From the IMG/VR virus record IMGVR_UViG_3300048599_000737, positions 11,870 through 75,869 of that record: a DNA stretch of 64,000 nt. The stretch is one strand, 5' to 3'. Origin of the DNA: a virus. Lineage: Duplodnaviria > Caudoviricetes. Positions 9,518-18,619 of this stretch are shown here, piece after piece. The position numbers were made by a program, and so were the translations under genes. The stretch's first letter is position 1. Each line of letters starts with the position of its first letter. The notes beneath the pieces are model-generated. The model was not told the DNA's origin. It saw only the letters and a list, made by a program, of their open reading frames with translations, and did not search any database.

Positions 9518-10750
9518 ATGAACCAAATCAGCAACCTCCATCCTCTTCGCTGCTTGCAGCTTAGCCCAATCTTCCGTCGGGATTGTAACAGCTATCGTAC
9601 ACGGGTTTACGAAGCCCAGATTCGTTTCAAGAGAGAGGACGGCGCTGAAATCCTCGCAGGAGCGTTTGAAACCCAGTTGCCGAAATTCGAGGGAATGACA
9701 ATTTGTGATCTCCAGGCTCTCATTGCTCGCAGAGGGCGTAACGATCAGGAACTCTACCGGTTTGTTCATTTCTGGGACGGACCTCGCCAAATTTTCCAGT
9801 TCGACGCTGGCTTGGCCGAAATGCTTTCCCAGACAGATGTATGCGACGTCCCCTGGGACTCTTTGAAGGCACCATATCCTGAGTTCTACCTGCACTTTGG
9901 TTGCGTGCTTGAAAACAGCCTGGAGATTGCCAACCGTCGATATAAGGCCGAAGGCGCTTATATTCGGATTCAGGATGGCCCGAGTTTTATTGATGGTTTC
10001 AAAACCGGTGCCATTCACATATCTATCGCGACTCGTTTGGTTTCGCCAAAGTATGAGGAGGTTTTGGCAGGAATGGAAAAGGGCTCTTCTTTATGCGAAC
10101 CTACGTACAACATCACTATTTCCGGCACCACGGGGGAAACGGTAGCCCAGGCACTGGCTCGTGGCCGGGAAACCAATCTCAGTCTGGTTCGCAAGCTTGA
10201 CCAGCAAGCGCTGGACTCGGCCTTGGAAGTCGCCCAGGCCGAGGAAATCGACCCGCTGGGTCTCAGGCAGGCAGAATGCCTCCATATGGAGGAGCAAAAG
10301 TACCTTCGCGGTGAACCCATCACAACCGAAGCTGTGGGGCTGGTTTTTAACTGCATTGCATATTTGACAATGTGCCCACCCGAAGGTGAGCCCGAGTATC
10401 CGTCAGGAGCTCCCAAGAGCCTTATCGACCGCATTAAGAAAGCGCCAACCCCAAAGAAAAAGCGAATCCTCACCAATAACCTGGACCAACTCGGATTTAC
10501 TAAGGTGCGTTTTGTTCGCGATCCTTCTCCTCGGGAAACAACGGCGTCAACGGGAAAAACAGTTCGCACGCATTGGCGACGCGGCCACTGGCGTTCGCAA
10601 CCCTGTGGCACCGGGTTGCTCAAACGGGTTCTTGTTTGGATTCGGCCATGCGTTGTTAATGCGGATAGAGAGCAACCCGGCACACAACTTCCCGGTCACC
10701 TCTATCAGGTTGATAAAGCCACTACGGATGTCAACCAGACTCCGAGTTAG
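9518..10750 (+). CDS. hypothetical protein with C-terminal HWRRGHWR motif typical of phage/island proteins
   Basis: 410-aa ORF 29 nt downstream of Abi-alpha; ends with VRTHWRRGHWRSQPCG...VWIRPCVVN. Confidence 0.75.
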   Translation: MNQISNLHPLRCLQLSPIFRRDCNSYRTRVYEAQIRFKREDGAEILAGAFETQLPKFEGMTICDLQALIARRGRNDQELYRFVHFWDGPRQIFQFDAGLAEMLSQTDVCDVPWDSLKAPYPEFYLHFGCVLENSLEIANRRYKAEGAYIRIQDGPSFIDGFKTGAIHISIATRLVSPKYEEVLAGMEKGSSLCEPTYNITISGTTGETVAQALARGRETNLSLVRKLDQQALDSALEVAQAEEIDPLGLRQAECLHMEEQKYLRGEPITTEAVGLVFNCIAYLTMCPPEGEPEYPSGAPKSLIDRIKKAPTPKKKRILTNNLDQLGFTKVRFVRDPSPRETTASTGKTVRTHWRRGHWRSQPCGTGLLKRVLVWIRPCVVNADREQPGTQLPGHLYQVDKATTDVNQTPS

Positions 10751-10877
10751 GCAGGATACTGCCAGTGATTGCGAGCGTGGCCTTTCTCGATACAGAACCG
10801 TTGAGACTAGCACCCAAGCGGTTAGTCTTGCAGGTGAAAGCCGCTGAACCCGAACTGGCGAGTGGTTCCCCGTTGAC

Positions 10878-10899
10878 GTAACCCTTATATGTGTGTATC
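10878..10899. promoter_or_regulatory. 22-bp palindromic motif, copy 1
   Basis: GTAACCCT-TATATG-TGTGTATC. Confidence 0.55.
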
Positions 10900-11839
10900 T
10901 CTTTTCTATGATTTGCGGGAGCAATCGCATTTTAACGCTTTTCGCCACAAGGACAGATTCCGTCCGTGTCCCCTGCCCCTCGTGCTCACAACACCTGGAG
11001 ATTCCGCATTCCACGCACCAAAGCCCTGACCCCGCGTAATCGGTCAGGTCGGTTAGAGCCGGACGACGCCACAGTAGGCCCTGCGCCAAGCCCGTCCAAA
11101 TCCACGTTCCGAGCAGGTCGATGGGGCACCCGACGCCAACACTACGATGTCCCCGACTGTCAGCGCACCTCCCGCTCCACCACGACCAGGAACCGCCCGC
11201 CAGTCTGCTCCTTGGGTTTACCGCTGACCGTAACCCGCCAACGCAGGCAAAGCAGATTCTGGCGCCCCTAACTATTGGTGGATGTTCCCTGTACACGCCA
11301 GACGCGTCCGACCCAACCTCCTTTTCAGGCTTCTCCTTGCCTTCCTGGCTCTGCCAGACATTGTAGCCAGTCAGAACCAAGCCAGACCAGGTTCCTCCTC
11401 TCCAAACCAGTCCCAAGCTCATCCCAACTCCAAGCCGTCATTACCCGGGATACCCCGCTCCGGCCAGGACGTCACCCCGTGTCCAGAACACCTCGGAAAA
11501 GTGCCTTGGGTTTTCCAGAAAGTTGAGATGGAGGTGGTGTTGTTTACATACGCGCTCCCCGCAGGCCCCCACCCCCACCCCCACCCGCGACTGTTTTTCA
11601 CCCTGCCGGATTGTAACCCTTTGACAAAAGGGTAACTCAGCTTCGCAACCTATTGATTTACAAGGTGTAACGCGGTTCAAAGTCCGCAGTTCCTTGAAAA
11701 TCTACTGGTAAGCGCAGGTCACTCAGCCGGGAATCCGGGCGGACATCGGCGCCAGTCCAGTCGGCGAAGAGCGGGTGTTTTGCCCTTTGAAAATGTGTCG
11801 TCACATATTTAAAAATCGGCAAAAATTTCCCCCTCCCCT

Positions 11840-12330
11840 CGCACGGCCCGCGCCCAGCATAGCGCGGGTGAGCAAGTCGAGTCTGGTGCAATGTCGTGCC
11901 TTCAGACTGCGGTTGCGGCTCATGGGCGATTTATCCCCTTGGCTAGTGCATTCAAGCATTGGCGACCAATTGAGCGGCAGGCGAGACGGTCAAGCTTTGG
12001 GCTTCACCCCGTCCCCGGTTATCGCAAGTGAAAGGTATTGGTATCACCCGATTAAAACAGCCCGTGTCTGCCATGACACGCTAATAAAGAGACGACCAAG
12101 CGTCTCGATCCAACTGTAGGGAATGGCTACAGCAATCAACCCGGGAAAAGTGTCGCGTGGTGAACGTGGCGCTTTGACGGGTACAAAGTTGAACCGCTCG
12201 GGACACTGTTACGCGGTGTCCGGTTGGTATAAGCGGGGGGCTTGGTGGTGCGATGATATTTTGTTACGCAAAATTAGCCTGCCAAGCTCCCCTCTTTTCC
12301 TCTGCTAATGGCCGGGCCATTGGCGGAGTA
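11840..12330 (+). ncRNA. candidate large structured ncRNA or structured leader
   Basis: No convincing ORF. Consecutive stems, several containing G.U pairs that form only on the + strand (e.g. 12147-12175, 12235-12292, 12300-12328). Confidence 0.5.
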
Positions 12331-12367
12331 AAAGACAGTTAACAATCAACATACAGATCGAATTCTT

Positions 12368-12793
12368 ATGACGAGTACAAACCTGATCGTATCCAACACC
12401 AAAACCACGCCGGCCTTGGCGGCCTTGCCAGAAGGGTTTTTAGTGACAACATCCAATAAATCTGGCCGTCGAACGGTGCGACCGATTAGCCGGGTGGAGT
12501 TTAGGAAAGCGCACAAGCTGACCAATGCGGCAGCGAAACGCCAATACGCGCTACACATGCGCCAGTTTACCGTTGCGGCGGCGGCAGACTTCTCAGCCCA
12601 GATAGCGCAAGGGCTGGTGGCGAAGGCTATTTCGGTCAGTTCATCCGGGGTGCGTGGCTACAGCCTGACGGAAGGGGCGCCGGTGGCGGTGGCGGAGCCG
12701 ACTGCGGACCAAGCACGCGAGGTCTATGCGAAGAGCCTGGGGCTGACAGTGGCGGAGTTGGATGCGCTGGTGGGGGTGGGCAAGACGGAATAG
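12368..12793 (+). CDS. hypothetical phage early protein
   Basis: 141-aa ORF preceded by an A/C-rich leader, directly after the structured region. Confidence 0.7.
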   Translation: MTSTNLIVSNTKTTPALAALPEGFLVTTSNKSGRRTVRPISRVEFRKAHKLTNAAAKRQYALHMRQFTVAAAADFSAQIAQGLVAKAISVSSSGVRGYSLTEGAPVAVAEPTADQAREVYAKSLGLTVAELDALVGVGKTE

Positions 12794-12837
12794 CCATTGC
12801 AGCTCAAGGAATATGCACGCCGACAGCTCATGATTAC

Positions 12838-13266
12838 CTACATGTCCTTGAATTCATCAACATTCGCGGGCGACCGAACAACGACATGAATGATGTCTTC
12901 AAACCAGCTTTCAGAGAGTTCAAGGACATCTTCACTGCCGCCCGCAGCCCGCACAGAACTTTGTCCAGGAGCTGGATTAGGAATAAAGCGGATGTCCATT
13001 GGCCAATCAGCCTCATGAACAAGGACACAGCGCACCCACTTGTAAAGTATCTCCTCAATTGAACGCATCTCACCCCGATAGTAAATTAACAGAGGATAGG
13101 GCCGAATGCGTTTTGCGAGTGCCTTGAAAGCCTCACCATCCTTCGCTGTGGGTTGCTCCTTACGAGCCGTTGCCGCAACTGCAACAACGGCGAGCAACAT
13201 GGCGCTTTCTCGCCGCCCATCCTTCCAAAGAAACTTAGCGTCTTCAATGTACCTACGGATGCTCAT
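12838..13266 (-). CDS. putative HEPN-like protein
   Basis: RxxxxH motif (KWVRCVLVHEAD) in a helical 142-aa protein. Confidence 0.55.
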   Translation of the reverse strand: MSIRRYIEDAKFLWKDGRRESAMLLAVVAVAATARKEQPTAKDGEAFKALAKRIRPYPLLIYYRGEMRSIEEILYKWVRCVLVHEADWPMDIRFIPNPAPGQSSVRAAGGSEDVLELSESWFEDIIHVVVRSPANVDEFKDM

Positions 13267-13327
13267 GGGGAATTAAGTCGCCCGGCGGCGCTGTTGGCCA
13301 CGACCTTCATAGTTTCTCATTCGACAA

Positions 13328-13513
13328 TCATCTACCGAGTCTCGGTCCCAGCGTTCGACCGAACGCCCCAACTAATCTTGTCTCCCAGCCGCCGTTACCA
13401 TAGTCGAAAGCGTACCTGGCTATACGCTCCAAGTCCTGGTCCGAGAGGGATAACTCTCCTGTCGTCCTGTTAATGTTTCTCTGGAGCCTTACAGTGGCAG
13501 TGGGCCATCTCAT
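13328..13513 (-). CDS. small hypothetical protein (61 aa)
   Basis: ATGA overlap with the upstream gene's stop; conserved-looking RYAFDYGNGGWE segment. Confidence 0.6.
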   Translation of the reverse strand: MRWPTATVRLQRNINRTTGELSLSDQDLERIARYAFDYGNGGWETRLVGAFGRTLGPRLGR

Positions 13514-14916
13514 TTGAAGAGTCTCTTCGTAGTGTCGGAAATCCAGTTCTTCATTCCTCGGCAGTCACTGCCAGTTTTAGCCATCGCAAAGGTGTATCGT
13601 TCATCGCCTCGAAAGATCAACTTCAGGTGTTTTCCGTCATCAGTGATGTCAAACCCCACATCCTCAAGCTGTCGCTTCTGTTGTTTGCCAAGATTCTGAC
13701 AATTCTGAAGGGCTTCTCGAATGCAATTCTCTATTCTCTCGCCTTCCCCCCTTACGGGGTTTTTCTTAATCAAAGACTGCAACACCTCCGAGACCCGACC
13801 GTCCACCTGAACCCTTCGTTTAGCCTCCTGTAAAGCACGAATGACGATATCTCGCTGCTCACCGCCAAACAGGTCTTGCTCGCTTCCAGGTAAGAGCAGG
13901 CCATCCTGCGAAATCCTCTCGTCACGAACTCGACGCGCGAGTTCGCATTTAAGACGCCCAATTTCACGCTCAGCTTCATCAAGTTGCTTCTTGGTAGCAC
14001 GCATCTCGTTATCGAAAGCTGATGTGTATTCATCAATTCCGGCTTGCCCCGCCAACTTCAGCTTCGCGATCCTCTTTTGAAAGATCAGTCCTCGTAAATA
14101 ATCCCAGGTGCAATGATAGTCTGGACGCCTACCAGCCAGCGCTTGCCTTACCTGATCAGCCACTTCACTTGCGAAGCGAACGGGTGTTGCAAATGCAAAG
14201 GGAGAGATTCGCGTAATCCTCCCGCTTCCTCTCGGCCAACAGATCGCAACAGCCCCCTCGTATGGATTGAGCTTCCCAACTCGTTTAGCAAGTATGAAAG
14301 AGAACCGGCGTGATGGCTCGACGACAACGTGAGCCATACCGGCAGACCACTTCGCAAGATCCTCCGCATTGAAATAAGGCTGATTAGTCCAAGTGGCACT
14401 GGCGTAAATCACCGGCAAGCAGAGTTCCAACTCTCCTCGGAGGAGTCGACATGCAACATCGACCTCAGACTCCTGAAGCGTTATCGGCGAATCTGACACT
14501 TCGAGCACGCCATCCAAATCACCACCGAATTCATCAAGGAGCAGTTTTACAATATACGGCTTTTTGGGCTTTGGAAGTCGCATTCCCGTCTCCGCAGTCT
14601 GGCAATGCAGGTGGATACCTATCAGGAAGCGCTGACTGCGGCTCCATCCGCAGATCTCAGTTGCCCAATCCCGCCTTTCGGCGTCTCGCCATTGGTGCCG
14701 GAACCCAACGTAAATGCCATCCTCCATCTTAATCTTAGCGATCTCAACTTGGTGCGATTCTTTGGACGCGCTAACAATATCATCTTCTTTTATGTCGGGA
14801 ATCACGGCCAAGGAACCTGCGTGAGGCGAACCAACAAGCCATTTTCGACAGAGACCTAGGAGATCATCGCCAGAGTAACTCGGAATAACGGGAAACTGGG
14901 TACTCCATATCAGCAT
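13510..14916 (-). CDS. hypothetical island protein with coiled coil and possible C-terminal HicA-like domain
   Basis: 468 aa; central LPVIYAS...MAHVVVEP...YEGAVAICWP; coiled coil; C-terminal GFDITDDGKHLKLIF...AKTGSDCRGMKN. Confidence 0.7.
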   Translation of the reverse strand: MLIWSTQFPVIPSYSGDDLLGLCRKWLVGSPHAGSLAVIPDIKEDDIVSASKESHQVEIAKIKMEDGIYVGFRHQWRDAERRDWATEICGWSRSQRFLIGIHLHCQTAETGMRLPKPKKPYIVKLLLDEFGGDLDGVLEVSDSPITLQESEVDVACRLLRGELELCLPVIYASATWTNQPYFNAEDLAKWSAGMAHVVVEPSRRFSFILAKRVGKLNPYEGAVAICWPRGSGRITRISPFAFATPVRFASEVADQVRQALAGRRPDYHCTWDYLRGLIFQKRIAKLKLAGQAGIDEYTSAFDNEMRATKKQLDEAEREIGRLKCELARRVRDERISQDGLLLPGSEQDLFGGEQRDIVIRALQEAKRRVQVDGRVSEVLQSLIKKNPVRGEGERIENCIREALQNCQNLGKQQKRQLEDVGFDITDDGKHLKLIFRGDERYTFAMAKTGSDCRGMKNWISDTTKRLFK

Positions 14917-15103
14917 AATACAAAGGTTCTATTTGAGGACTAACGCTAGAACTCGCTCACGCCACACCCCCCAGCACCCTATGCGAACTAGCAACGTCAT
15001 CGTAACATCGGGCGCAACGAGCCCCCCAAGACGGACAAAGAACTACTTCGACCCGTTTCCTCTTCATGCAGGACAATTAGCATTCGCTTGCTGTCTTGGC
15101 TAC

Positions 15104-15139
15104 AAGAATTTTCCAAAGAATTTTCCAAAGAGTTTTCCC
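15104..15139. repeat. 12-bp tandem repeat x3
   Basis: AAGAATTTTCCA AAGAATTTTCCA AAGAGTTTTCCC. Confidence 0.85.
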
Positions 15140-15164
15140 AACATGGCACTGTTAAAGCCTATCG

Positions 15165-15521
15165 CTACGCCAGCCTTGTTGGCCTATTTGACTGCAATTC
15201 AACTTCAGCCGCCAACTGAGCTTCCGCGAACTCCACCGCCGTCCGGGGCGAAATGACCGGGGGCTTCTGCACCACCGCAAAGAGCCGCTCCGGAGCGCCG
15301 GGATTACCTTTCGCAGACGACCAAGCGTAGCACCACCTTGGACTAACGTCCCCCACAAGCTCAAACACCTCGACAATGCCGGTCCACTTCGGCTTGCCAT
15401 TGAGACTCTCCACAGCCGAGGACTCGCGGTGTCTCGCCAGATGCCCATGCAAATCCAAGATGACATCCCGAAGCCGAGCAATATACTGCGGGTCCGCCAT
15501 AAGTTCCTCCTGGTTAAGCAT
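15165..15521 (-). CDS. conserved-looking hypothetical protein
   Basis: 118 aa; WTGIVEVFEL...CYAWS...VVQKPPVISPRTAV; start overlaps the upstream stop. Confidence 0.65.
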   Translation of the reverse strand: MLNQEELMADPQYIARLRDVILDLHGHLARHRESSAVESLNGKPKWTGIVEVFELVGDVSPRWCYAWSSAKGNPGAPERLFAVVQKPPVISPRTAVEFAEAQLAAEVELQSNRPTRLA

Positions 15522-15802
15522 TAAGCGTTAGGTAAAAGCTGAACCAAACAGTCGTTATACAAGTGCTGGCGAATCGCCCGACAATACTCGCAGAGCCGCG
15601 CCGTCGCGCCGGTATCCTCCGTGAAGCTTCGGTTCATCACCTTGTAATCGGTGGCAGGCGCCTCGCCGCAAATCGAGCAAACATCCGTCCGCCCCGTCAG
15701 CTTCAGAATCTGTCTGGTCGCAATGGCGCGGTCCTGGTAGCACACCGCCAGGGCACTGAACCATTCCTGGCTGTGAGGGATGAGATAGTTCATGTCCTGC
15801 AA
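15521..15802 (-). CDS. hypothetical protein with two CxxC motifs
   Basis: CSIC and CEYC; in an operon with its neighbours. Confidence 0.6.
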   Translation of the reverse strand: MQDMNYLIPHSQEWFSALAVCYQDRAIATRQILKLTGRTDVCSICGEAPATDYKVMNRSFTEDTGATARLCEYCRAIRQHLYNDCLVQLLPNA

Positions 15803-15828
15803 ACTCTAGCAAGAATCCACAAAGGCAC

Positions 15829-16203
15829 TCAACGAGTAACTTTCGCCACCGCTTGACGCAAATCTTCCAGCAGGAATGGCTTGCAAATCATGGCATCCAC
15901 CGAACACAACGCCCCCTCCCCCTGCAACTTCTCGGCATAGGCGGTAACCATTATAATCGCCTGCTTGGATGAACGCGCTTTGATTGTCGCTGCCAACGCA
16001 TCCCCTTTCATTCCGGGCATAACATAATCCGTCAGGATCAGGTCGTATTTGCCCTCGTCATACAGCGCCAGGGCTTCCTTGGCGCTGTAGGCAGTGTCCA
16101 CCGAGTGACCATCACCAGCCAATATCATCTTCAGCGCGTCGCACAGAAAGGGCTCATCATCGACCACCAATATGCGATACTGCGGGTTGCTTGGCTGCGT
16201 CAT
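15829..16203 (-). CDS. single-domain response regulator receiver (CheY-like)
   Basis: ILVVDDEP, phospho-Asp in LTDYVMP, VTA and CKP motifs. Confidence 0.92.
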   Translation of the reverse strand: MTQPSNPQYRILVVDDEPFLCDALKMILAGDGHSVDTAYSAKEALALYDEGKYDLILTDYVMPGMKGDALAATIKARSSKQAIIMVTAYAEKLQGEGALCSVDAMICKPFLLEDLRQAVAKVTR

Positions 16204-16230
16204 AGGCCAAATCCAAAGATATAGATTACT

Positions 16231-16659
16231 TTACCCATCGCCGCCTGAATTGCAAAGCTTTTGTGCCTCCGTTGACGCGCAAGCACTCGAGGTCGCCCTC
16301 GCTATCGCCGCCCATACCTCTTCAAGCAAGAATGGTTTGCAGATTATGCCGTCCACCTGGAATAACGAACAGCCGTAGTTCACCATCTCCGCATTGGCTG
16401 TAGTCATCACAATAGCCTGCTTGGGAAAACGAGTCTTGATAATCGCTGCAAGTTCATCACCTCTCATCCCAGGCATCCTAAAGTCGATAAAGATGAGGTT
16501 GTATTTCCCCTCCTCCAACATCGCCAGAGCATCTTTGGCGCTGTGGGCCATCTCAACGACATGGCCATCCGTAGCCAACACTATTTTGAGCGCCTCGCAC
16601 ACGAAGGGCTCATCATCGACTACCAGAATACTACCTAGTGAGCTTGGCGGCTGCGTCAT
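16231..16659 (-). CDS. single-domain response regulator receiver (CheY-like), tandem paralog
   Basis: ILVVDDEP, FIDFRMP, TTA and CKP; highly similar to the neighbouring receiver. Confidence 0.92.
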   Translation of the reverse strand: MTQPPSSLGSILVVDDEPFVCEALKIVLATDGHVVEMAHSAKDALAMLEEGKYNLIFIDFRMPGMRGDELAAIIKTRFPKQAIVMTTANAEMVNYGCSLFQVDGIICKPFLLEEVWAAIARATSSACASTEAQKLCNSGGDG

Positions 16660-16812
16660 AATGTCAACACACTACGCACTCTACTCCCTGAGTCTTCCGA
16701 ATTGCAAAGCTTTTTTACCCTGCCCTCAATGGCCTAGCCGTTGATTCCCTACCAAAGCGGCTGACACCGACGCCAGCCGCCTTGTTAGTGAACCATTCAA
16801 CAAAACCAAGTT

Positions 16813-17082
16813 ATGAGCAGAATCGACAACGACGACCGCAAGATCACCGAACCCACCGAAGGCGATTACAAGGGCAACCCCACCCTGGCCATCCCGCTAG
16901 CCAGCGGCAAACCCTTCACCTTTGGCGTGGAAAAGGCTCACGCCATCCTGCGCCACACCGACGCCATCCAGGAGTTCGCCGCCAAACACCCCAGCCGCAC
17001 CAGCGGCACCGTGGCCGCCATGCTGGCCAGCTTGTCCGATACAGACAAGGAGGCCCTCAAAGCCGCGCTCTCCGCCGTCTAA
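16813..17082 (+). CDS. small hypothetical phage protein
   Basis: 89 aa; EGDYKGNPTL...PFTFGVEKAHAIL; A/C-rich leader. Confidence 0.7.
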   Translation: MSRIDNDDRKITEPTEGDYKGNPTLAIPLASGKPFTFGVEKAHAILRHTDAIQEFAAKHPSRTSGTVAAMLASLSDTDKEALKAALSAV

Positions 17083-17114
17083 TGCTTCCGCGTTGACACA
17101 GTTTAAACCGTATT

Positions 17115-17136
17115 GTTACCCTTATTGCAGTGTTTC
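17115..17136. promoter_or_regulatory. 22-bp palindromic motif, copy 2, overlapping a sigma70-like promoter
   Basis: GTTACCCT-TATTGC-AGTGTTTC; TTGACA at 17093-17098 with 18 nt to TACCCT (TGn-extended -10-like). Confidence 0.7.
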
Positions 17137-17155
17137 TTTTACTAGGAATTGCACC

Positions 17156-18619
17156 ATGGACACCATGACTGTCTCAAAAGAGCAGTGCTCCGAACGCTTC
17201 GCCGCGTTGGTCACGCTCATCAAACATGTGGGCGGCGAGGCCCAGGCCCGCGTCGCTGCCCACCTCCGTGCCATCACAGGCGGCAAGGTCCAAAGCCTCG
17301 CCCTCTACCACGTCTCCAAGGAGTTCAGCGACGAGGCCAAGTTCGAGGAATACGCCAACATCAGCTCTGCCCTGGGGGTCGTCCGCGGCCCGGACGGTAA
17401 GAACACCCTCAGCAAACCCAACTGGAGCAAGCTCCAGGGCAGCCTGGGCAATGGCGCCAAGAAAGCCGAGGCTGATGAACCGGAGCACGTCCAGCGTGCG
17501 GACCCGCTCAGCGCACCTCGCCCCATCCCCGCGACACTGACGCCGGAACCAACCGATGCCTCCATAGAGCTGACTCCGGAGCAGCCGCCCCAACCGGAGC
17601 CTATCTCCCCTGCCAGCCAAGACCTGGCTACCCTGTTGGCCCAAGCGGTCCAGCCGTTCCTAAAAGTTCAGCAGGCCGGACAACTCGACGAAGGCCGGGT
17701 TCGGCTTATCTGCCAGGAACAAATCGGCAGGCTCGACCTGGACGGACGCATCAAGGCGGCGAACCTTAACGGCGCGTTTCCTTTGGACCGGGTGCGAAAG
17801 CTCATTGCTGACGCCCTGTCCAACCACGCCACCCGCATCGAATTAATCACACCCAGCGGTGAGGTCAAAAGCATCGAAGGGCTTGTCCACAAGTCGTTTG
17901 AGACAGTGCTCAAAATGACCCGGTCCCGGGTGGCTTCCGGCCATCCGGTGCCGGTCTGGCTGGATGGCCCGCCCGGCGGTGGCAAGTCCCATCTCATGGA
18001 GCAGGTTGCCCGAGCCCTGGACTTGGAGCCCTACATCTTGGCCATCGGTCCGACCGACACCAAGACGGCAATCGTCGGCAGCGTGGCCACGGGTGAGTTC
18101 AAGCCGGGCATCGCCTACAAACCCTACAAGGAAGGCGGACTCCTGGGCATTGATGAAATCGCCGCCGGCGACCCGGGCGTTCTGGTCAGCCTCAACTCTT
18201 TAGTCGCCAACACCAGCTACCGTTTCCCCAACGGCGAGTATGTGCCAAAGCACAAGGACCTCCACGTCATTGTGGCGGACAACACCCGGGGCCACGGCAG
18301 CGCCAAGGGAATGATTCGCAATCGGCTTGATGCGGCTACGCTGGATCGGTTCGCTTTCCTGAAAGTGGATTACGACGAGCAGCTTGAAGCTGCGCTCTGC
18401 GGCAACGCCGCCTGGGCGACCTACGTCCAGAAGGTGCGTGCCTATATCGCCAGCAACTCTGGCGAATCGGTTTACATCACACCCCGGGCCTGCCTCAACG
18501 GGGCGGCCTTGCTGGCGGGCGGGCTCGCCCCGCAGCTGGTGGCGGACGCGACCGTGTTCAAGTTCTGCTCCCCCGACTTGAAGAACGCCATCATCAGCAG
18601 CATCGGAGGTTACCCGTGA
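17156..18619 (+). CDS. MoxR/CobS-like AAA+ ATPase with long N-terminal region
   Basis: Walker A GPPGGGKS, Walker B IDEI, NTRGHG, LDAATLDRF; start taken at ATG 17156 downstream of the promoter. Confidence 0.85.
   Translation: MDTMTVSKEQCSERFAALVTLIKHVGGEAQARVAAHLRAITGGKVQSLALYHVSKEFSDEAKFEEYANISSALGVVRGPDGKNTLSKPNWSKLQGSLGNGAKKAEADEPEHVQRADPLSAPRPIPATLTPEPTDASIELTPEQPPQPEPISPASQDLATLLAQAVQPFLKVQQAGQLDEGRVRLICQEQIGRLDLDGRIKAANLNGAFPLDRVRKLIADALSNHATRIELITPSGEVKSIEGLVHKSFETVLKMTRSRVASGHPVPVWLDGPPGGGKSHLMEQVARALDLEPYILAIGPTDTKTAIVGSVATGEFKPGIAYKPYKEGGLLGIDEIAAGDPGVLVSLNSLVANTSYRFPNGEYVPKHKDLHVIVADNTRGHGSAKGMIRNRLDAATLDRFAFLKVDYDEQLEAALCGNAAWATYVQKVRAYIASNSGESVYITPRACLNGAALLAGGLAPQLVADATVFKFCSPDLKNAIISSIGGYP

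Noticed and set aside
10547-11422. 291-aa minus-strand ORF and other ORFs in 10.9-12.3 kb
   Set aside because: Low-complexity, atypical composition, overlap a real gene; region is better explained as non-coding or structured.
11672-11687. GCGGTTCAAAGTCCGC, resembling a tRNA T-arm or the RNase P AAAGTCCG motif
   Set aside because: Loop is 8 nt with a 4-bp stem, there is no cloverleaf, and the other RNase P conserved segments are absent.
16247-16714. Sigma54 promoter reading of the GAATTGCAAAGCTTTT repeats
   Set aside because: GG-to-GC spacing on the coding strand is 12 nt rather than the required 10.
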